Below, in pieces: positions 45,475-55,978 of a stretch of DNA of 64,000 bases. The position numbers were made by a program, and so were the translations under genes. The DNA is from an uncultured Chloroflexia bacterium (GTDB lineage: Bacteria; Chloroflexota; Limnocylindria; QHBO01). The stretch spans positions 6,839 through 70,838 of the forward strand of contig CAWFKB010000003.1 in assembly GCA_963816215.1 (NCBI GenBank), read 5' to 3'. Each line of letters begins with the position of its first letter. Within the stretch, counting starts at the first letter, position 1. The notes beneath the pieces are model-generated. The model was not told where the DNA came from, made no database searches, and saw only the letters and a program-made list of their open reading frames with translations.

Positions 45475-46647
45475 TCAGTCGGACCTGGCGAGCCGCTCCT
45501 TCAGCATCTCGAGCAGTGTAACCGGGGTGGGGTCGGTCTGGTAGAGGACAGCCAGGTACACGCTCACCAGGTCCCCCACGGCGACGGCGGCCAGCACCCG
45601 GGCCAGGGGTGACGGGCCCTCGGCCCACACCGCGCTCCGATTCGTGGCCCGCTCCCCCAGGAGCTCCTCGACGACCCGGTAGCGGGCCGCAATCGCCTCG
45701 GACTCGTCCGGATCACGGATCTCGATCACGACCGGCGCATCGGCCAGCTCGCGGGGATTGAGCGACCCTTCGATCGCGTTGTGGTTGGCCTCGGGCATCG
45801 GTTCGTACGACGCCCACGCCTTGGCGTTCTCGTTCAGCTGGGTCTTCCAGCGGCGGGCGACCGCGGCCATGGATCCGGCCCCGTAGATGACCGGGATCCG
45901 GCCAAACAGGCTCCAGGCCAGCTGCTTGGCCGGATTGGCATCGGTGTCTACGCCGGGGCCCATCCGCTCGAGGATGTCGTCCAGCGTCGCCACGGCCGGA
46001 CCGAGCGGGTCGGGATCGGTGATCAGCCCGGCGGCCCCCAGGAGCTCGTGGATCAGGCCCACCGACCAGCCCAGGGCGGCGCGCGGCTGGCCGGGCTGTT
46101 CGTATTGGAGCCACGGCGTTCCGTCCGCAGCGGCCTCGCGGCCCAGCCGTCCCCCGGTGGCGATGACGACCAGCGGCAGTTCGCGTTCCCGGGCCTGGGC
46201 GGCGGCGGTCAGGGTCTCGATCGTGTCGCCCGAGTGGGACGCGGCCACGACCAGGGTCCGCGGGCCCAGGCCGGACGGCAGCTCGTAGTCGCGCTGGACC
46301 AGGAGAGGAACACGGAGCCGATTGCCGGCTGCGCCGGCGACCAGGTCGGCCCCGATCGCGGATCCGCCCATCCCCAGCACCACGACCAAGTCCACGTCCC
46401 GGTGGCGGTCCTCGAGGGTCAGGCCGGCGGCCGCCTGGCGAGCGCCCGCCAGCTGGCGGGGCAGGTCGCGGACCCGGGCCAGCATGCCGCCCCGGTCGAT
46501 CCGGGCCAGGGCGGACGAGGAATCGAGGGTGATGGCCTCGTCCACCTGGAGCGGCGCGTCGGGATCGAGCTCGTCCTCGTCCTCGGGGCGGCGCCCGGGC
46601 TCCTGGTCGGGATCCTTGTAGCCGAAGAAGTCGCGGGCGTCGGTCAT
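45475..46647 (-). CDS. Bifunctional phosphoglucose/phosphomannose isomerase (SIS domain)
   Basis: Start MTDARDF. SIS motif VVLGMGGSAIG and a C-terminal PGI/PMI domain. Confidence 0.8.
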   Translation of the reverse strand: MTDARDFFGYKDPDQEPGRRPEDEDELDPDAPLQVDEAITLDSSSALARIDRGGMLARVRDLPRQLAGARQAAAGLTLEDRHRDVDLVVVLGMGGSAIGADLVAGAAGNRLRVPLLVQRDYELPSGLGPRTLVVAASHSGDTIETLTAAAQARERELPLVVIATGGRLGREAAADGTPWLQYEQPGQPRAALGWSVGLIHELLGAAGLITDPDPLGPAVATLDDILERMGPGVDTDANPAKQLAWSLFGRIPVIYGAGSMAAVARRWKTQLNENAKAWASYEPMPEANHNAIEGSLNPRELADAPVVIEIRDPDESEAIAARYRVVEELLGERATNRSAVWAEGPSPLARVLAAVAVGDLVSVYLAVLYQTDPTPVTLLEMLKERLARSD

Positions 46648-48101
46648 GCCGGTGCCGCAGCCGCGTCGGCGATCCGACGGCCCTCGTCCAGGAGCGCCTC
46701 CACGTCCGCCGGGGAGCGCGCCTCCACGTAGATCCGGAGCAGGGCCTCGGTCCCGCTGAAGCGGATCAGGAGCCACGACTCGTCATCGCGGTAGAACTTG
46801 AACCCGTCCCCGGTTTCGAGGGCCTGGCGACGCGCGACCGGACGGCCTGCGAGGGCGGTCGGGGCCTCGTCGCCCAGCCGTGCCAGCGTGTCGCGCCGAA
46901 TGCCGTCGTACACGTCCCGCGAGAAGCGGACGTCGATCCGGTTGTAATACGAGGGACCAGCCAACGCCTGGAGCTCGGCCAGGACCTCGGAGGCGCGCCG
47001 CCTGCGGGACAGCCACAGGTCGAGCAGGAACAGGCCGGCCGCCAGGCCGTCGCGCTCGGGGATGTGCATCCCGAACCCGAACCCGCCCGACTCCTCGCCG
47101 CCGATCACCGCCTTGGTCTCGGCCATCTTGGGCCCCACGTACTTGAAGCCCACGCTCGTCTCGAACGCCTCGGTCCCGTAGCGCTCGGCCAGGCGCCTGG
47201 CCATGGAGGTCGTCGTCACGGTGTACACCGCCGGACCGATCTGCCCGCGCACCTCGAGCAGGTACCAGTACAGCAGGCCGTAGACCTGGAGCTGGTTGAC
47301 GAAGACGCCCTCCTCGGTCGCCATCCCCACCCGATCGGCGTCTCCATCGAACGCAATACCGATGTCCGCGCCCCAGCGCGGGATCTCGCCCAGCCACTCG
47401 TCGATGTTGGGGCGAATGGGCTCGGGGTTGACCCCGCCGAAGAAGGGGTTGCGCTCGGTGTGGAGCTCGCGCACGTCGAGCGTGCCCCCGGCGAAGATCC
47501 GCCCGAACCAGCCCGCGCCGGATCCCCACATCGGCTCCACCAGGACCTTGCCGCTCGATCCCCGGATGCGCTCCAGGTCGACGAGCGAGGCGAGCTGGTC
47601 GCGGAATCGGGGATAGGGATCGAAGACCTCCACCAACCCGGCTGCCAGCGCGTCGTCGTACTCGCGCCGGGGCGGGACCTCGTCCTCCGGGTAGCGACCC
47701 ATGGTCGCCTCGATGGCCGCCAGCATGGCCGGCGCCGCGGCGCCGCCGGTGTCGGCCTTGACTTTGAACCCGTTGTCGGTCCACGGATTGTGGCTGGCGG
47801 TGATCACGATCCCCGCCCCCGCGTGCAGCTCGCGGGTGAAGTACGACACGACCTGGGTGGGCACCGCTTCGGGCGGGGTCATGCACCGGATGCCGTGCGC
47901 GGCGAGGACCTCGATGCAGGCGCGCGCAAAGTGCTCCGAGGCGAAGCGCCGGTCGTGAGCGACCACCACGCCGCGGTCGGCGCTGCCCTGCTCGGTCAGG
48001 TAGTCGGCCACGCCGCGCGCGCAGCGGCGCACGTTGTGGAAGGTGAAGTCCTCGGCAATGGCGGCGCGCCAGCCATCGGTTCCGAAGCGGATGGTCGTCA
48101 T
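46644..48101 (-). CDS. Phosphomannomutase/phosphoglucomutase (alpha-D-phosphohexomutase family)
   Basis: RFGTDGWR, the active-site Ser in TASHNP, and GEESGG. Confidence 0.9.
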   Translation of the reverse strand: MTTIRFGTDGWRAAIAEDFTFHNVRRCARGVADYLTEQGSADRGVVVAHDRRFASEHFARACIEVLAAHGIRCMTPPEAVPTQVVSYFTRELHAGAGIVITASHNPWTDNGFKVKADTGGAAAPAMLAAIEATMGRYPEDEVPPRREYDDALAAGLVEVFDPYPRFRDQLASLVDLERIRGSSGKVLVEPMWGSGAGWFGRIFAGGTLDVRELHTERNPFFGGVNPEPIRPNIDEWLGEIPRWGADIGIAFDGDADRVGMATEEGVFVNQLQVYGLLYWYLLEVRGQIGPAVYTVTTTSMARRLAERYGTEAFETSVGFKYVGPKMAETKAVIGGEESGGFGFGMHIPERDGLAAGLFLLDLWLSRRRRASEVLAELQALAGPSYYNRIDVRFSRDVYDGIRRDTLARLGDEAPTALAGRPVARRQALETGDGFKFYRDDESWLLIRFSGTEALLRIYVEARSPADVEALLDEGRRIADAAAAPA

Positions 48102-48138
48102 GGGCGGGCCTATGGTAGCCGTCGCTCGGCGGCTGCCG

Positions 48139-48740
48139 TCACCCGGTCGAGGGCCTCCTGGACCGGGCCAGGTAGGGGCGCAGCGGACCGGTCTCGGGCA
48201 GCCGGATGGGATCGCCCACGACGAGGCGCAGCCGCGAGAACGGGAGCGGCAGCAGCTGGCGATCCCAGCGGCGGGCCAGGCGCAGCGCGGGGTGGGCAGC
48301 GACCGCGACCGGCAGGATGGGCAGGCCGGATTGACGGGCGACGAGCAGGATGCCGGGCTTCACCACCCGGTACGGGCCCCACGGGCCGTCGGGCGTGACC
48401 ACCAGCGAGCTGCCGGCGGCGCCAAGGTCCCCCAGCTGGCGGGCCAGGGCACGTCCCGCTTCCCGGTCCGTCTCGTCGGGCAGTCGGAGGACGACGATCT
48501 GGCCCGGCCGCTGGGCCAACGACTCGAAAATAGTCTGGATGACCGTGCCGCGCGCGGTGTCGGTCGTGAACGAGGCATGGGGAAGGTCGCCGCGTCGCGC
48601 GCGGGCGGCCACGAACAGGCCGAGGTTGTACTCGTGCCAGAACGCGAGCACGACCTGTTCGCGGGTGACCGGACCGATGCGCGCGGTGCGCGCGACGAGG
48701 CGCAGGTAGAGGGCCAGCAGGCGGCCCGAGAGGCGAGCCC
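48139..48740 (-). CDS. DUF374 / lysophospholipid-acyltransferase-like family protein
   Basis: DUF374 signature VLAFWHEYNLGLFVAA...LVVTPDGPWGP. Start approximate. Confidence 0.6.
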
Positions 48741-49804
48741 TAGAGGTAGCGGTCGCCGGTGGCCTCGGCAATCTCGTCGAGGATGGGCTTGATCTCCTCC
48801 GCCCGGTCCCGGGCACAGACGAGGAGCGCATCGGGCGTGTCGACGATGATCACGTCGCGCAGGCCGACGGTGACCACCAGTCGCTCCCCACCGTGGACGA
48901 GCACGCGCTCCGACCCGCGGTCGAGGTGCTGGCCCGAGGCGACCATGCTCTTCCCGCTCTGACGGCTGAGCGCCTCCAGGAGGGCCGACCACGAGCCGAT
49001 GTCGGACCAGCCGGCGTCCAGGGCGACGACCGCCATCCGCCCATCGGCGGCCGCGGGCTCCGCGATCCCGGCGTCGATGCTGATGGCGGGCAGCGGCTCC
49101 AGCAGGGCCCGGGCGTCGGTCTGCCATCCCGGCGTTCGTGGCATGCGGCCGATCGCGTCCAGGGCCGTCGTCAGCTCGGGCTGGAAGCGTTCGATCGCCT
49201 GGCGGAAGGCGTAGCCGGTCCACACGAACACGCCCGCGTTCCACAGGGCGCCCGACTCGACCAGCGCCTTGGCGGCCTTGGTGTCGGGCTTCTCGACGAA
49301 CTCGCTCACGGCCGAGGTGCCCGTCGCGAACAACTGCTCCCCGCGCTTGATGTACCCGTACCCGGTGGCCGGGTGGGTGGGAGTCACGCCCAGGACCACG
49401 AGGTAGCCGCGCTCGGCGGTGACGACCGCCTCGCGGACGGCGGCCAGGAAGGCCTCCGGGTCGGCGACGTGGTGATCGGCGGGCAGGACGATGGCCACTT
49501 CATCGGTCTGGCGTCGGGCGAGCAGCGAGCCAAGCGCTGCGGCGACGGCCGTGGAGCGGGCCAACGGCTCGCCCAGGATGTTCCCCTCGGGCAGCTGGGG
49601 GAGCTGGCGCTGGGTGGCGTGGACGTGCGATTCGGCGGTGATGACGTAGATGTCGTGGGGGCGGAGGAGCGGCTCGAGGCGGCTCACGGTCTGCTGGAGG
49701 AGGCTCATGTCGCCGGTCAGGGGCAAGAGCTGCTTGGGCGTACGACGGCGGGACAGCGGCCAGAGCCGGGTCCCCGACCCGCCGGCCATGATGAGGGCGT
49801 ACAT
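48740..49804 (-). CDS. manC: Mannose-1-phosphate guanylyltransferase
   Basis: MYALIMAGGSGTRLWPLSR nucleotidyltransferase motif. Confidence 0.85.
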   Translation of the reverse strand: MYALIMAGGSGTRLWPLSRRRTPKQLLPLTGDMSLLQQTVSRLEPLLRPHDIYVITAESHVHATQRQLPQLPEGNILGEPLARSTAVAAALGSLLARRQTDEVAIVLPADHHVADPEAFLAAVREAVVTAERGYLVVLGVTPTHPATGYGYIKRGEQLFATGTSAVSEFVEKPDTKAAKALVESGALWNAGVFVWTGYAFRQAIERFQPELTTALDAIGRMPRTPGWQTDARALLEPLPAISIDAGIAEPAAADGRMAVVALDAGWSDIGSWSALLEALSRQSGKSMVASGQHLDRGSERVLVHGGERLVVTVGLRDVIIVDTPDALLVCARDRAEEIKPILDEIAEATGDRYL

Positions 49805-50655
49805 CAGTCGCTGTCGGCCACGGTTTCGGCCTCCAGCCGCTCACCCAGCTCGGCCGTGCGCCGATACGCAGCCCATACGGCATCGGAGAGGACCGTGCGC
49901 AGACGTCCCTTCTCGAGCTCGTAGATGGCTGCGGCACTGGTTCCGCCGGGCGAGGTGACCGCGTTGCGCAGCTGGGCCGGATGCAGGTTCGAGGCCGCGG
50001 CGTATTCACTGGACCCCACCAGCGTGGCGGCCACCAGGTCGTGAGCCATCTCCCGCGGGAACCCCAGGTGCACACCGGCGTCCACGAGCGCCTCCATGAC
50101 CGCGAACAGGTAGGTGGGCCCGGTCCCCGACAGGGCGGTGGCCATCGCCACGAACTGCTCGTCCTCCACCTGGCGCTCTTCGCCGAGGGCGCGCAGCACC
50201 GCACGCACCAGGTCCCGCTGGGCGGCGGTACAGGCCGGGGCGGCTGCCCATACCGCGATGCCCTTGCGAATCTGGGCCGGGGTGTTGGGCATGGCCCGCG
50301 CCACGGCGGCGTGGCGGAGTCCCGCGCTCAGGGTTCGGAGCGTGGCGCCGGCAACGATCGAGAGGACGATCTGGCTGTCATCGAGGGCCGGCGCCACTTC
50401 GCGCATGACCGGGCGCAGCATCTGGGGCTTCACGGCCAGGACGACGATGTCCGCGTTCGCAACCGCCTCGCGGTTGCGGGCCACGACCGAGATCCCGTGG
50501 GCCGTGGCAAGGGCGGCGCGGCGGTCGCGTCGCGGATGGGAGGCGACCAGGGCGGCCGGGCGCACGGCGCGATCGGCCAGAAGGCCCGTGATCATGGCCT
50601 CGGCCATAACACCGGCTCCTACGATGCCCACCCGCACCGGTCGGCGCGCGCTCAT
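49804..50655 (-). CDS. proC: Pyrroline-5-carboxylate reductase
   Basis: VGIVGAGVMAEA Rossmann motif and a C-terminal ProC dimerisation domain (SPGGTSAAAI). Confidence 0.85.
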   Translation of the reverse strand: MSARRPVRVGIVGAGVMAEAMITGLLADRAVRPAALVASHPRRDRRAALATAHGISVVARNREAVANADIVVLAVKPQMLRPVMREVAPALDDSQIVLSIVAGATLRTLSAGLRHAAVARAMPNTPAQIRKGIAVWAAAPACTAAQRDLVRAVLRALGEERQVEDEQFVAMATALSGTGPTYLFAVMEALVDAGVHLGFPREMAHDLVAATLVGSSEYAAASNLHPAQLRNAVTSPGGTSAAAIYELEKGRLRTVLSDAVWAAYRRTAELGERLEAETVADSD

Positions 50656-51278
50656 CTGCTCTCGGCGTCCTGTTCGGACACGCTCCGCTCGTCGCCCTGC
50701 AGCTCGCGGGCAGCCGCGATTTCGCCCTCGGCGCCGCTCCCCCGCTCCAGCAGCGTGACGGCAATCCCGGCCAGGCGTCGCGACGCGGTCACGTTTCCCA
50801 GGTCCAGTTCGGCACGGCCCATCCCCGTCGCGGCAAGGCCCTCCTCGCGCTCCGCACCGAGGTCACGGGCTTCGCTGATCGCCTCCGCATAGTAGCGCCG
50901 GGAACTCGCCGGATCGCCGCCGGCCACTCGGAGATCCCCGATCCGCCGAGCGGCCCGGGTGGCCTGCAACGGGAGGTCACCGCGCTCGAAGTGCCACATC
51001 GCCCGATGCGCCCACAGGTCGGCGGCCCACCATGCCTCGACCTCGATGGCCGCCTCCGCCGCGGTCATGGCCGCCGCGCCCGCCCGGCGGTGATCCCCTG
51101 CCCGCTCGGACTCAAGATACGGGGCGGCCAGCTCGGTCCGCCGCAAGGCGACCGGCAGCTCCGGAAGGGTCGCAATCGCCGGCGACGGCTTTCCGGAAAT
51201 ACCGCGGATCCAAACGGTGAATCGTGTCCATTTCCCGGGCGGTGGCGGGCCCCAGTGGACGAGCGTGGTTCGGGTCAC
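50652..51278 (-). CDS. Hypothetical protein (helical, TPR-like), GTGA-coupled to metK
   Basis: GTG start overlaps the metK stop. No recognisable motif. Confidence 0.4.
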   Translation of the reverse strand: MTRTTLVHWGPPPPGKWTRFTVWIRGISGKPSPAIATLPELPVALRRTELAAPYLESERAGDHRRAGAAAMTAAEAAIEVEAWWAADLWAHRAMWHFERGDLPLQATRAARRIGDLRVAGGDPASSRRYYAEAISEARDLGAEREEGLAATGMGRAELDLGNVTASRRLAGIAVTLLERGSGAEGEIAAARELQGDERSVSEQDAESR

Positions 51279-52483
51279 GCGCGGACCGCGGCCAGACCGG
51301 CTGCGGAGCGCAGCTCGTCGGCGATGTCGGTCCGCTCCCAGCTCAGGTCGAGGTCAGATCGGCCGAAGTGGCCGTACGCTGCCGTCGGGCGGTAGATCGG
51401 TCGTCGGAGGTCCAGTCGCTCGATGATCGCCCCCGGCCGAAGGTCGACCGATCGGTCGATGGCTCCGGCGATAACCGTGTCGGGCACGATGCTCGTGCCA
51501 AAGGTGTCGACATTGAGGGCCAGCGGTCGGGCCACCCCGATCGCGTAGGCAACCTGGATCTCGCAGCGGCGGGCGAGCCCGGAGGCGACCACGTTCTTGG
51601 CCACCCAGCGCGCGGCGTAGGCCCCGCTGCGGTCGACCTTGGTCGGATCCTTGCCCGAGAAGCTGCCGCCCCCGTGGCGGGCCATTCCGCCGTACGTGTC
51701 CACGATGATCTTTCGCCCGCTGAGTCCCGAGTCCCCCGCCGGGCCACCGAGCACGAACCGGCCGCTCGGATTCACGAGCACGCGAACCTCCCTCCCGTTG
51801 CCATGCGCGAGGGGCACGATCGGGGCGATCACGGACTCGATGACCGCGCCGGTCAGCTCCGCCAGGCCAACGTCCGGATGATGCTGGGTGCTGATCAGGA
51901 CGGTATGGACGCCCTCTGGCCGGCGATCCGGGCCGTATGCGACGGTGACCTGGCTCTTGCCATCGGGTCGGAGGAACGACAGCTCGCCGCTGCGCCGGAC
52001 CTCCGCCAGGCGTCGGCACAGCTGGTGTGCAACGTGGACGGGCATGGGCATGAATTCGGGCGTTTCATCGGTCGCGTAGCCGAACATCATTCCCTGGTCG
52101 CCCGCCCCCAGCTCGTCCGTGCGCTCCGCGGAGCCGTCGCGGTAGGCGTGATCCACGCCCTGCGCGATGTCCGGCGACTGGCCCTTGATCAGGTTGGTGA
52201 CGACCAGGCTGTCGGCGTCAAATCCAAGCTCGGGGTCGTCATAGCCGATGTCGCGGACGGTTCGACGGACGATCGACTCCACGTCCGGCTGATGGGGGCT
52301 GGTGAGCTCGCCGAGCACGATAACGGTGCCCGTGGTGGTCGCCACTTCCACCGCCACTCGGGCCATGGGGTCCGCGGCAAGCACGTCGTCCAGGACGGCG
52401 TCGGCCACGGCATCGGCAACCTTGTCAGGGTGCCCGGCAGTCACCGATTCCGAGGTGAACAGGTAGCGGAGCTGGTCGTACAC
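51275..52483 (-). CDS. metK: S-adenosylmethionine synthase
   Basis: [20 protein letters not shown], and [23 protein letters not shown]. Confidence 0.95.
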   Translation of the reverse strand: MYDQLRYLFTSESVTAGHPDKVADAVADAVLDDVLAADPMARVAVEVATTTGTVIVLGELTSPHQPDVESIVRRTVRDIGYDDPELGFDADSLVVTNLIKGQSPDIAQGVDHAYRDGSAERTDELGAGDQGMMFGYATDETPEFMPMPVHVAHQLCRRLAEVRRSGELSFLRPDGKSQVTVAYGPDRRPEGVHTVLISTQHHPDVGLAELTGAVIESVIAPIVPLAHGNGREVRVLVNPSGRFVLGGPAGDSGLSGRKIIVDTYGGMARHGGGSFSGKDPTKVDRSGAYAARWVAKNVVASGLARRCEIQVAYAIGVARPLALNVDTFGTSIVPDTVIAGAIDRSVDLRPGAIIERLDLRRPIYRPTAAYGHFGRSDLDLSWERTDIADELRSAAGLAAVRA

Positions 52484-52602
52484 GGGCGGGAGTGTAGCGC
52501 CCCTCCAGGGGGATGCGCCGGACGCGGCGCAGGGCCGCGGTGGAAGCCGCCCGCTACAATCTCGCCTTCAGACTGATCCGTCCCCTGTAAGGAGCAACGC
52601 CC

Positions 52603-53148
52603 ATGCGCCGCCCAACACTCATCCTGACCACCATCGTAGTTGGACTCCTCGTCGCCGCCTGCGCGGCGCCATCCGGAGAGCCGGGCTCGTCAGACGGTGG
52701 CAACGGCTCGTCGCAGGGCCAGCCGGTCCAGACCGATGAGCCCACCACCAGCGACGGTGGAAGCGGCGGCAATGGGGGCAATGGCGGCACCGGAGCGAAC
52801 GGCTCGGTGACCTTCGACATCAGCGGCGACGTGACCGAGAGCGGTGAGCTGCCGTTCCTCACCGTTCTGGGCGGGTTCTTCCAGCAGAACGGAGCCAGCT
52901 ACATGCCGTTTGCGAACTCGGAAAACTCCGAGGGCGAAGTCATCTTCATCTCGCTGTCGGCGGACGGGAACGTGTTCGCCTACGGCAACGGGACCGTGTC
53001 AATCCCGGCAGCCGAGTGCGACTGGAATATCACCCAGAACGACGATAGCGGTGCTGCCGGCAGCTTCACCTGCAACGATGCGTTGGCCATCACCGAGAGC
53101 GGGATGGGAACCGTGGATGTCCACGGGGAGTTCGACGCCCACGACTGA
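52603..53148 (+). CDS. Hypothetical lipoprotein with a Gly/Ser-rich linker
   Basis: LLVAAC lipobox, then SDGGNGSSQG and DGGSGGNGGNGGTGANGS low complexity. Confidence 0.55.
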   Translation: MRRPTLILTTIVVGLLVAACAAPSGEPGSSDGGNGSSQGQPVQTDEPTTSDGGSGGNGGNGGTGANGSVTFDISGDVTESGELPFLTVLGGFFQQNGASYMPFANSENSEGEVIFISLSADGNVFAYGNGTVSIPAAECDWNITQNDDSGAAGSFTCNDALAITESGMGTVDVHGEFDAHD

Positions 53149-53206
53149 CCGATAGCGGTCCTCGCAACCCCGAGAGCCGGCCGCCACGCGGCCGGCTCTT
53201 CGCTAT

Positions 53207-54460
53207 TCAGGTGCCCGAATGCCAGGAAACGGCGTACTCCGCCTGCTCAGGGGTGAGGTCGTCGATCGCGATCCCCATGGTGATCAGCTTCAGCCGGGCG
53301 ACGTCGCGGTCGATGTCGTCGGGGATGGAGTAGACCTGCGGGCTGAGCTCGGTCGCATGGTCGTGGAGCCACTTGAGTCCGAGGGCCTGGTTGGCGAAGC
53401 TCATGTCCATGACCAGCGCCGGATGACCCTCGGCCGCGCCGAGGTTCACAAGGCGCCCATCGGCCAGAACGTAGATGCGCCGGCCGTCGGCCATCAGGTA
53501 TTCGGTCGTGAACGGGCGGACCTCGCGCTGTCCGGTTGACTGCTCCGCGAGGGCACCCAGCTCGAACTCATCGTTGAAATGGCCGGCGTTGGCCAGGATC
53601 GCCCCATCGGGCATGAGCGGGAAGTGCGCCCTGCCCCACACGTTCAGGTTCCCGGTGGCCGTTATGAACATATGGCATGTCGCGGCCGCGGTGGCGGCAT
53701 TCGCGACTCGGAAGCCGTCCATGGCGGCCTCGATGGCACGTATCGGATCGACCTCGACCACGGTCACGATGGCGCCCATCCCGGCCGCCCGTGACGCGAT
53801 GCCCCGCCCGACCCATCCGTAGCCGCCCACCGCAACCGGCTTGCCGGCGAGCAGCACGTTCGTCGCCCGCAAGATGCCGTCGATCGCGCTCTGGCCGGTC
53901 CCGTAGCGGTTGTCGAACAGATGCTTGGTGAGCGCCTCGTTCACACCGACGACGGGGAATTTCAGGGCGCCGTCGGCCGCCATGGCCCGCAGGCGAATGA
54001 CGCCGGTCGTGGTCTCCTCGGTCCCTCCCACCACTTCGGGGAGCAGCTCGGTGCGGTTGGTATGGAGCTCGCTCACGAGGTCGGCCCCGTCGTCCATGGT
54101 GACGTGGGGATGGTGGTCCAGCGCCTGGCCGATGTGCCGGTAGTAGGAGTCGCGGTCCTCGCCCTTGATGGCGAACACGGGGATCTGGTGGTGGACCGAC
54201 AGGGACGCAGCGACGTCATCCTGGGTCGAGAGCGGATTCGACGAGCAGAGCACCACGTCCGCCCCGCCGGCGGCGAGGGTTCGCACGAGGTTCGCGGTCT
54301 CCGCGGTCACGTGGAGGCACGCGCTGATTCGCCAACCAGCCAGGGGCTGTTCGGCGGCGAATCGGTCCCGTATGGCAGCCAGGACGGGCATCTGGCGATC
54401 GGCCCAGTCGATACGCAGGGCGCCAGCATCGGCAAGGCCAGGGTCGCGGATGTCGCTCAC
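53207..54460 (-). CDS. ahcY: Adenosylhomocysteinase
   Basis: SAHH motifs [17 protein letters not shown] (NAD-binding) and HFDNE-like HFNDEF. Confidence 0.9.
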   Translation of the reverse strand: MSDIRDPGLADAGALRIDWADRQMPVLAAIRDRFAAEQPLAGWRISACLHVTAETANLVRTLAAGGADVVLCSSNPLSTQDDVAASLSVHHQIPVFAIKGEDRDSYYRHIGQALDHHPHVTMDDGADLVSELHTNRTELLPEVVGGTEETTTGVIRLRAMAADGALKFPVVGVNEALTKHLFDNRYGTGQSAIDGILRATNVLLAGKPVAVGGYGWVGRGIASRAAGMGAIVTVVEVDPIRAIEAAMDGFRVANAATAAATCHMFITATGNLNVWGRAHFPLMPDGAILANAGHFNDEFELGALAEQSTGQREVRPFTTEYLMADGRRIYVLADGRLVNLGAAEGHPALVMDMSFANQALGLKWLHDHATELSPQVYSIPDDIDRDVARLKLITMGIAIDDLTPEQAEYAVSWHSGT

Positions 54461-54470
54461 GGTTCCTCCA

Positions 54471-55331
54471 TCATCGGTCTGCCCAGGGCCAGCTCAGGCG
54501 CAGCGCGGCGCGCAGCGGGCGCATGAGATCCCATCCGCCAGCACGGCGGTATGCGACCCACTCCCCGAGCCGGCAGTATTCGCGATAGCCCAGGCGGCTG
54601 TAGGCCGCCACGGCCGGGTCATTATCGGCGTAGACGTTGAGGGCGACGTCACGAACGCGGTCGAGGAGCTCCGCGGTGACGCCCGCGGTGACCGCTTTGG
54701 CATGGCCCTGGCCCCGGTGGTCCACGTGGGTCAGGACATTCCCGACCACGGCGATGCCTTCTTCGGGGTTGATCACGTGGGTCCCCGCTGCGGCCACCAG
54801 GCGGCCCCCCACCCGCAGCCCGTAGTAGACGCCGTCCTCGAGGATGGAGGCCGGGAAACCCCCGCCCAGGCCGAGCTGATAGAGGCGATTCAGGTCACCG
54901 ATATCCGCCGGCCCCAGGCGGACCGCGCCGCCGGCGTAGGGCTGGAAGGTGTCGCGCGTGACCACCATCCGCAGCAGGGAGGCCGGGAGGTCGACCCGAT
55001 ACAGCTGGTCGAAGGCGGTGGCCAGCTCGTGGCGGGCCTGCACGAACGCGTAGCGCGGCCGCACCTCGGTGGCCAGGACGGCACGACACGCGTCCGGGTC
55101 GCCCATCAGGAACAACGGCTGCGGCGGGAGCCCCAGGTGCTGCATGGCCAGGCCACGAGGCCGTCCATCCGCGTCGTAGGCCATGCCCCAGGCCGCGCGC
55201 TTGCGGACCGAGGCATCGAGGTCGCCCAGGGCATAGGCCGCGTACAGGCGGTCGGTGCGAAGGAAGGCCGCCACCTCGACGCGGTCGGTGACTTCTCGGG
55301 TATGCCACCCAGTGGCCTGGGCCACGGTCAT
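54471..55331 (-). CDS. GNAT family N-acetyltransferase
   Basis: C-terminal acetyl-CoA motif [10 protein letters not shown]. Start at [10 protein letters not shown], approximate. Confidence 0.6.
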   Translation of the reverse strand: MTVAQATGWHTREVTDRVEVAAFLRTDRLYAAYALGDLDASVRKRAAWGMAYDADGRPRGLAMQHLGLPPQPLFLMGDPDACRAVLATEVRPRYAFVQARHELATAFDQLYRVDLPASLLRMVVTRDTFQPYAGGAVRLGPADIGDLNRLYQLGLGGGFPASILEDGVYYGLRVGGRLVAAAGTHVINPEEGIAVVGNVLTHVDHRGQGHAKAVTAGVTAELLDRVRDVALNVYADNDPAVAAYSRLGYREYCRLGEWVAYRRAGGWDLMRPLRAALRLSWPWADR

Positions 55332-55353
55332 CGGTATGCCGACCGGGATTGGG

Positions 55354-55884
55354 TCAGTAGGTGAGCAAGGTGAAGATCGAGAAGTCGCCCAGGCGCTCGC
55401 GACCGTGGAGCGCACTCAGCTCGACCATGAAGGCCAGACCGGCCACCTCGCCGCCCAGCCGCTGCACCAGCTCGATGGTGCCCATGACCGTGCCGCCTGT
55501 CGCCAGCAGGTCGTCCACGATCAGGACCCGCTGACCGGGCTGAATGGCATCGCGGTGGATCTCGAGGGTCGCGGTTCCATATTCCAGCGCGTACTCGACC
55601 TCGATCGTCTCGGCCGGCAGCTTCCCGAGCTTGCGGACCGGGACGAACCCGGCGCCCAACTGATAGGCAAGAGGCGCGCTGAAGATGAAGCCGCGCGACT
55701 CCATGCCGACCACGATGTCGATGGCCGTGCCGCGCACCTGCTCGACCATGCGGTCGATCACTTCCTTGAAGGCGGCGGGATCCTTCAGGAGTGTGGTGAT
55801 GTCGTAGAACAGAATGCCCGGCTTGGGGAAGTCGGGAACCTCGCGGATCAGCTTTCGCAGGTCGTCGGCCGAGCTGACGGTCAC
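55354..55884 (-). CDS. apt: Adenine phosphoribosyltransferase
   Basis: PRPP motif [13 protein letters not shown]. Confidence 0.9.
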   Translation of the reverse strand: MTVSSADDLRKLIREVPDFPKPGILFYDITTLLKDPAAFKEVIDRMVEQVRGTAIDIVVGMESRGFIFSAPLAYQLGAGFVPVRKLGKLPAETIEVEYALEYGTATLEIHRDAIQPGQRVLIVDDLLATGGTVMGTIELVQRLGGEVAGLAFMVELSALHGRERLGDFSIFTLLTY

Positions 55885-55978
55885 CGCGGGAGTCTAGTCG
55901 GCCCGGCGGCGCCCCTGCAATCAAACGGGACCATTGGCCCATCGTCGCGCGCGCGCAGCGCGGGATACGGTCAGACCG

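Noticed and set aside
52484-52602. Possible SAM riboswitch upstream of metK
   Set aside because: The divergent intergenic region is only about 118 nt. No SAM-I/SAM-IV conserved elements are recognisable by eye. A CM search would be needed, and the site is not claimed.
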